Notes under the pieces: generated by a model
Seen by the model: only the letters and a program-made list of their open reading frames with translations
Database searches by the model: none
Told to the model about the DNA's origin: nothing
Virus record (IMG/VR): IMGVR_UViG_3300045988_014504
Coordinates: 1 to 6,298 of that record
Strand: one strand, 5' to 3'
DNA: 6,298 bases
From: a virus
Position numbers and translations under genes: made by a program
In this document: one piece after another, positions 1 to 3,947 of the stretch
Layout of the letters: every line of letters starts with the position of its first letter
Numbering within the stretch: the first letter of the stretch is position 1

Positions 1-55
1 ATGCTAATGATGCTAATGAGCGTCAAGCTCAGCTGAATCGTTCTTTTCAACGTCA
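1..55. repeat. Terminal redundancy (left copy). It is identical to 6244-6298 and marks a circular 6243-nt genome opened inside the VP2 gene.
   Basis: Base-by-base comparison: atgctaatgatgctaatgagcgtcaagctcagctgaatcgttcttttcaacgtca occurs at 1-55 and again at 6244-6298, running to the window end. Confidence 0.95.
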
Positions 56-1052
56 GGAAGCTCAAAAAACTCGTGATTGGCAGGAGGAAATGTGGAATAA
101 ACAGAATGAATATAATTCTCCTGAGGCTATGATTTCTCGTGGTTTAAACCCGTTTCTTCATGGTTCTTCAGGCACTGGTGCTTCTGTTCCTACTGGAGCT
201 CAGGCTGGTTCTGTTTCTACTCCCTCTATGCAAGCTCCTCATTTTGATTTTTCTTCTGTTGACCAGGCTTTGGTTTCATTTGCTCAGGCGAAAAAAGCTC
301 TTTCTGAGGCTAACCAGATAGATACTCTTACTCCTTATATGGCAAAAAAGATGCTAGGTGATACTAATTATAAAAATATTGGTGTTGGTCAGTCTGGTTA
401 TTGGAATAAGGAGACAGGTCGTATTTCTGCTGAATTGGATCAGTCTATGGAACGTCAACAACTAGAAAATGCTGTTTCTGCTGCTAAGCTTTCGGCTGCT
501 CAGACTACTCAGATTTATTTACAGTCTGATGCTCAAGCTATCCTGAATAAGTATATGGATGCTCAACAGCAAGCAGATTTGTTTACGAAAGCTCAGTATC
601 TTTATAATCTTGTCCAACAAGGTGCTTTAACTGAGAAGCAGGTTCAAACCGAGATTCAGCGTGCGGTTCTGCTTGCTTCTCAGGCACAAGGTCAGAAGAT
701 TTCTAATAAGATTGCTTTTGATACTGCTGACGCTCTGATATCTGCTACTAATATGGCTTATTATACGCAGTATTATGATTCTCTTTGGGATTATAAAAAT
801 GTAAATAACCGTAAGAATATGCAATATTCTAAGGATAAGGCTATCCGCGATTATTACAAATGGTCTGCTGGTAACGCTAAGAAAGATTTTGAATCTTATG
901 GTTTGCGTAATGCTATAGAATATGCATCTCGTATTTTTCAAGGTGCTGGTAATATAATTGGAGCTATGCGCCCTGGTGCTCAGATTTTCCGTAATGATTA
1001 CGGTTCTCGTAATACTACTATTTATAATGGTTCTAATGGTATTGGCTATTAA
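1..1052 (+). CDS. Remainder of VP2 (minor capsid / DNA pilot protein). The full protein is about 384 aa when joined as 6141..6243 + 1..1052.
   Basis: The frame is open from base 3 (ANDANERQAQLNRSFQRQEAQKTRDWQEEMWNKQNEYNSPEAMISRGLNPFL...), so the ATG at 90 in the ORF track is internal. The region around SPEAMISRGLNP resembles the conserved N-terminal motif of non-Bullavirinae VP2 proteins. A long Q/A-rich, probably helical, segment follows. Codons are strongly T-ending. Stop TAA at 1050-1052. Confidence 0.8.
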   Translation, partial: ANDANERQAQLNRSFQRQEAQKTRDWQEEMWNKQNEYNSPEAMISRGLNPFLHGSSGTGASVPTGAQAGSVSTPSMQAPHFDFSSVDQALVSFAQAKKALSEANQIDTLTPYMAKKMLGDTNYKNIGVGQSGYWNKETGRISAELDQSMERQQLENAVSAAKLSAAQTTQIYLQSDAQAILNKYMDAQQQADLFTKAQYLYNLVQQGALTEKQVQTEIQRAVLLASQAQGQKISNKIAFDTADALISATNMAYYTQYYDSLWDYKNVNNRKNMQYSKDKAIRDYYKWSAGNAKKDFESYGLRNAIEYASRIFQGAGNIIGAMRPGAQIFRNDYGSRNTTIYNGSNGIGY

Positions 1053-1095
1053 TCTTATTTAACGCCAACTATGTTGTACTTTGCAAACTATTTCG

Positions 1096-1103
1096 TATCT
1101 TTG
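1096..1103 (+). promoter_or_regulatory. Candidate Bacteroidota-type -7 promoter box (TAnnTTTG) in the VP2 / ORF56 intergenic spacer.
   Basis: TATCTTTG at 1096-1103 matches TAnnTTTG exactly and lies about 42 nt upstream of ATG 1145. A TTTG at 1080-1083 is too close (12-nt spacer) to be a canonical -33 element. Confidence 0.3.
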
Positions 1104-1127
1104 TAATGCAGAAAAGAACTGATAATA

Positions 1128-1147
1128 ATTTAAAATTTACAGTTATG
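1128..1147 (+). repeat. Copy 1 of a 20-nt direct repeat / shared gene leader, ATTTAAAATTTACAGTTATG, ending in the ORF56 start codon.
   Basis: 19 of 20 bases are identical to 1667-1686 (ATTTAAAATTTACAATTATG). Both copies end on an ATG that opens a small ORF. Confidence 0.85.
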
Positions 1148-1315
1148 AAATATGAATTGCGTATTAAAGTTGGCCGTAAGGTAGTATTTTCGAGAGTTGG
1201 AACTTTTGATTCTTGCGCTTCTTGGATTAAAACATGGGAAGAGTATCCTATGACGCATGAGTATGTTTATATTTTGCGTCCTATACTTCAAGATGTTATT
1301 AATCTTCAGGACTAA
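1145..1315 (+). CDS. Hypothetical small protein, 56 aa (MKYELRIKVGRKVVFSRVGTFDSC...).
   Basis: Open frame with the genome-typical T-ending codon bias (cgt, gtt, tct, gct, cct). Start moved from the track's 1106 to ATG 1145, because 1145 sits at the end of the conserved 20-nt leader also found before ORF64. No recognisable family. Confidence 0.55.
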   Translation: MKYELRIKVGRKVVFSRVGTFDSCASWIKTWEEYPMTHEYVYILRPILQDVINLQD

Positions 1316-1570
1316 GAGCCCATCGCGGCTCTGGAGCGATATACACCCGCCGCCCGCGTAGGGCTTGGTATAAAATGGAGCGGAGCGACTTCCCTAGAGG
1401 AGCGTTCCGCTCCGGTATTTTAGCACGTAGGTGCGCAAAGGCAAGACAGACTTGACTTGCCGTGCCTATACCCCTATGTTATTCAAGCGAAGCCCCTAGT
1501 TGTGTCCGAAGGAAATTTGAGTTATCATCTCAAATTCGGCCTCCCTTGTCCATAAACGCACAACTCACAC
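1316..1570 (+). other. GC-rich, hairpin-dense non-coding island. Candidates are a complementary-strand origin, a structured RNA, or an acquired element.
   Basis: No ORF of 60 aa or more on either strand. Hand-counted GC is about 57% over 1316-1500, against about 35% in 1141-1200. Helices found by eye: 1315-1320/1327-1332; 1340-1344/1368-1372 enclosing 1352-1355/1361-1364; 1377-1384/1406-1413; 1441-1445/1456-1460 flanked by 1423-1427/1461-1465; 1498-1504/1559-1565 enclosing 1514-1521/1529-1536. Confidence 0.6.
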
Positions 1571-1666
1571 TCTAACCGTAGAATAAAAAACTCCGAAATA
1601 TTTTGTTTATTCAAAAATAATGCTTTCCTTTGCCCCTGTAGAAACCGAATTCATTAGTTTATTAAC

Positions 1667-1686
1667 ATTTAAAATTTACAATTATG
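1667..1686 (+). repeat. Copy 2 of the 20-nt direct repeat / shared gene leader, ATTTAAAATTTACAATTATG, ending in the ORF64 start codon.
   Basis: 19 of 20 bases are identical to 1128-1147. The two copies start 539 nt apart. Confidence 0.85.
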
Positions 1687-1878
1687 CTGAAATTTATTAT
1701 TTCCCTTAAAGAAAAACAGACTGGTCGTGATGTTATGCCGCCTTATATTGTCAATTCTTTGGATGGTCTTGGAAATTATTCTGAGCGAGTTTCTCCGTTG
1801 GGTCTTATTGTTATTGTGGATTCAATTAAAGAAGAAAATAATTTTGTTGAACTTAAAACTCGAACTGATGAAAAGTAA
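1684..1878 (+). CDS. Hypothetical small protein, 64 aa (MLKFIISLKEKQTGRDVMPPYIVNSLDGLGNY...).
   Basis: Open frame with strong T-ending codon bias (ggt cgt gat gtt, tat att, aat tct, ggt ctt att gtt att). The ATG is preceded by the conserved leader. Stop TAA at 1876-1878 overlaps the next small gene. No recognisable family. Confidence 0.6.
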   Translation: MLKFIISLKEKQTGRDVMPPYIVNSLDGLGNYSERVSPLGLIVIVDSIKEENNFVELKTRTDEK

Positions 1879-1951
1879 TAATATTTGGAAAATCGTAATT
1901 GGTGCTGTTTCTGCTGCGCTTGGTTACATTCTTAATGCTATCGGATTATGA
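1868..1951 (+). CDS. 27-aa single-pass membrane peptide (MKSNNIWKIVIGAVSAALGYILNAIGL). Candidate holin-like or membrane-lesion partner of the downstream peptidase.
   Basis: ATG 1868 lies 11 nt before the ORF64 stop. Its TGA stop (1949-1951) overlaps the peptidase ATG (1948-1950) as ATGA. There is a short polar N-terminus followed by about 22 hydrophobic residues. T-ending codon bias is maintained after the ORF64 frame closes. Very short, so uncertain. Confidence 0.45.
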   Translation: MKSNNIWKIVIGAVSAALGYILNAIGL

Positions 1952-2268
1952 ACTATTCTCTTATGCATTTCCTTGAGTATTTGTTGTTTTCTAATGCTCA
2001 TTTTGCGGTAACTAGTGCACGTCGCACTCCCGAGCAGAATAAGGCTTGTAATGGTGCTCCTAATTCTCAGCATTTGATAGGTGAGGCTATTGACATCAAG
2101 CCTTATGGTTCTACTAGTTTTAATAAGTTGCTTGAGATGATTCATGGTTATTCTGACCATATCTCTCCCTTTGACCAACTTATTATTTATCCTACGTTTA
2201 TTCATATTTCATTTGGCTCGCGTAGTCGTCGCCAAGTAATTGATAAAAGAAATGAAATATTCTCCTGA
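1948..2268 (+). CDS. Zinc D,D- or L,D-peptidase of the M15 family (Peptidase_M15_3 / VanY-like). Probable peptidoglycan hydrolase (endolysin-like), 106 aa.
   Basis: The segment TSARRTPEQNKACNGAPNSQHLIGEAIDI carries the family signature SxHxxGxAxD (His 2071-2073, Asp 2092-2094). A C-terminal FIHISF supplies the third metal-ligand His (2203-2205). There is no signal peptide and no wall-binding domain. Confidence 0.8.
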   Translation: MNYSLMHFLEYLLFSNAHFAVTSARRTPEQNKACNGAPNSQHLIGEAIDIKPYGSTSFNKLLEMIHGYSDHISPFDQLIIYPTFIHISFGSRSRRQVIDKRNEIFS

Positions 2269-3931
2269 TTTGCTTAAAGCTGTCGACCATTGTCAATATC
2301 GCTCTTTTATAACTAATCGTTACACAGGTCAACGCATTGCTGTGGATTGCGGCCAATGTGATTACTGTATTCATAAGCGTGCTCAAAAAGCGTCCATGCG
2401 TGTGAAGACCGCCGGAAGCGCTTTCAAGCATTCTTATTTTGTAACGCTTACTTATGATAATGATCATATTCCTTTAATGAATTGTGAGGTTCTACATAGT
2501 GAGTATGAAGACACATTAAGTATCTCAGGAGATAAAGTTTTTGGTTATGAACTTCATTCTTATATCCCTGTTTCTGAGTATCAACCTGAGGATTCTTCCC
2601 GATTGTGTCATATATTCTTCACGCAAGTTCAAGGCACGGTGCCGTTTGACCGCGAAATTAAGGAATATGTTCCTGTTAAGGATAACTGGTTTCTTAGTAT
2701 GGATGCTATTCGTAGTTTTATCCGTAAAACGCAGGCCGTCGACAATTCGGTATATCCCGTTGCTGAAAAATACGGTGTTGGTAACCTTATACCCTTTTTG
2801 AATTATGTTGATATTCAGAACTATATTAAACGATTACGTAAACATTTACATTTAGTTTTAGGTACTTATGAAACGTTACATTTCTACGCTGTTGGCGAGT
2901 ATGGCCCAGTCCATTTCCGCCCGCATTATCATATCTTACTATTCACGAACTCGAAAGAAGTCTCAGAGGTATTACGACAGTGTCATAATAAGAGTTGGAA
3001 ACTCGGTCGTTCAGATTTCCAGATTGCCCGCGGTGGAGCTTCGTCGTACGTTGCGAGTTACGTTAACAGCCTTAGTTCTGCTCCCTTATTATATAAATCA
3101 TGCCGTGCATTTAGACCCCGGCAAAGAGCGTCTCTTGGATTTTTTGAGAAGGGCGAGGTTTTTAACGAGAATGAAGACCTTTATCACTCGGTCAAACAAA
3201 AAATCGATTCTGTCATTAATGGACGAGTCTATAACTTCAACGGAATTACTGTTAAATCGACTCCCCCCATGTCGTATATCCGTACCTTACTCCCCCGATT
3301 CTCAAGTGCTCGCTATGATGATGCTGTTGCGATTTCTAGAATTATTCGAGCTGTTGCAGATGCGCCAAAAAGAATTGCAAGGTTCGGTATTATAGATTAT
3401 GATTCCGATTCTATCCTTTCTATTGTTCGTGCTTATTATCAGTATCTTACATTGAATCATCACCTAACCAATGAGGACGAAATTATATTACATAATGCTC
3501 GGTGCCTTACTAGGCTCTGTAACAGTTCTTCTGATGTCGATATTGAATCTTATATTAATAAGTTGTATCGGCTATTCCTTTATGTCAGTAAATTTCTTAG
3601 GAATTGGCATTTGCCTGCCATCGGTGGTAATCTTGACCCTTATGCCAATCGTATTATGTTTATCATCAAAACTGGAATAGAATATGAAAAGAAAAAAGAT
3701 TATCAAAATTTACGAGATTCATATACAGTCCGAGCCCAATTCCCCGACATATCGGATAGTATGTTCGTCTTACCGCAGGACGGGCGTGAAATTGATTTCA
3801 TTTCGTCCTCTTCGAGTGAGACGTTTCAGCTCCTTGACCAACTCAGATACCGTAGTGCAGCATTCTGTCGTGATATGGTTAAGCATAAGAAATTAAATGA
3901 TGCGAATGATATATTTAACCGTATGGTCTAA
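2252..3931 (+). CDS. Rolling-circle replication initiator (Microviridae VP4 / gene A-like HUH endonuclease), about 559 aa.
   Basis: CGQCDYC zinc-ribbon-like motif (Cys codons 2348, 2357, 2366). RCR motif 1 FVTLTY (2438-2455). HUH motif PHYHILLF (His 2924-2926 and 2930-2932). Twin-tyrosine motif SYVASYVN (Tyr 3047-3049 and 3059-3061), closely resembling phiX174 protein A YVAKYVNK. Start set at ATG 2252, since the track start at 2240 is a TTG; it overlaps the peptidase 3' end by 17 nt. Stop TAA at 3929-3931. Confidence 0.9.
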   Translation: MKYSPDLLKAVDHCQYRSFITNRYTGQRIAVDCGQCDYCIHKRAQKASMRVKTAGSAFKHSYFVTLTYDNDHIPLMNCEVLHSEYEDTLSISGDKVFGYELHSYIPVSEYQPEDSSRLCHIFFTQVQGTVPFDREIKEYVPVKDNWFLSMDAIRSFIRKTQAVDNSVYPVAEKYGVGNLIPFLNYVDIQNYIKRLRKHLHLVLGTYETLHFYAVGEYGPVHFRPHYHILLFTNSKEVSEVLRQCHNKSWKLGRSDFQIARGGASSYVASYVNSLSSAPLLYKSCRAFRPRQRASLGFFEKGEVFNENEDLYHSVKQKIDSVINGRVYNFNGITVKSTPPMSYIRTLLPRFSSARYDDAVAISRIIRAVADAPKRIARFGIIDYDSDSILSIVRAYYQYLTLNHHLTNEDEIILHNARCLTRLCNSSSDVDIESYINKLYRLFLYVSKFLRNWHLPAIGGNLDPYANRIMFIIKTGIEYEKKKDYQNLRDSYTVRAQFPDISDSMFVLPQDGREIDFISSSSSETFQLLDQLRYRSAAFCRDMVKHKKLNDANDIFNRMV

Positions 3932-3947
3932 TTTAAATTGATTGATT

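Noticed and set aside
3-20. 9-nt tandem duplication GCTAATGAT GCTAATGAG (also at 6246-6263) at the assembly junction.
   Set aside because: There are only two imperfect units, in-frame within VP2 (ANDANE). It is most likely simple coding low complexity. Its position at the contig end is an assembly coincidence.
627-941. Minus-strand ORFs in the track (627-941, 1924-2205, 2198-2467, 5322-5582, 5632-6045).
   Set aside because: Each lies antisense to a well-supported + strand gene and has no recognisable motif. Their proteins are I/L/R/S-rich in the way expected from reading T-ending codons backwards. Microviridae genomes are transcribed from one strand only.
1106-1144. Upstream start of ORF56 at ATG 1106.
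   Set aside because: ATG 1145 sits at the end of the 20-nt leader that is duplicated before ORF64. The 13 extra codons would also begin only about 3 nt after the candidate promoter box. It cannot be fully excluded.
1430-1440. GGTGCGCAAAG resembles the XerC arm of E. coli dif (GGTGCGCATAA), suggesting a dif-like attP for XerCD-mediated integration.
   Set aside because: The following 17 nt do not resemble a central region plus XerD arm. The nearest TATGTTA-like string (1474-1484) is at the wrong spacing. It is also an enterobacterial consensus, unlikely to apply to the inferred host.
1375-1455. 26-aa highly basic ORF (MERSDFPRGAFRSGILARRCAKARQT) inside the GC island, reminiscent of the phiX J / gokushovirus VP8 DNA-binding peptides.
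   Set aside because: It is very short, and its codon usage (cgg, agc, gac, cgc, tcc, agg) is unlike every other gene here. It coincides with the GGAGCG repeat/hairpin region, which explains the sequence better. It is kept only as a low-probability alternative.
1865-1871. CTGATGA, the hammerhead ribozyme core heptamer.
   Set aside because: No flanking stems, GAAA element or cleavage-site helix could be drawn. The heptamer contains the ATG of the 27-aa gene and is explained by coding.
1727-1951. 74-aa very hydrophobic ORF that looks like a two-TM class II holin directly upstream of the peptidase.
   Set aside because: Up to 1878 it is the +1 frame of ORF64, whose T-ending codons put T at the second codon position of this frame and automatically generate L/I/F/V. 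Only the portion after ATG 1868 has native-looking codon usage, so I annotate the 27-aa version. A longer isoform from ATG 1730 remains possible and is worth testing.
3930-3939. AATTTAAATT palindrome between rep and VP1.
   Set aside because: It is an all-A/T 10-mer in an AT-rich spacer with negligible hairpin stability. It is more likely part of the A/T-rich leader motif (ATTTAAA) also seen at 1128 and 1667.
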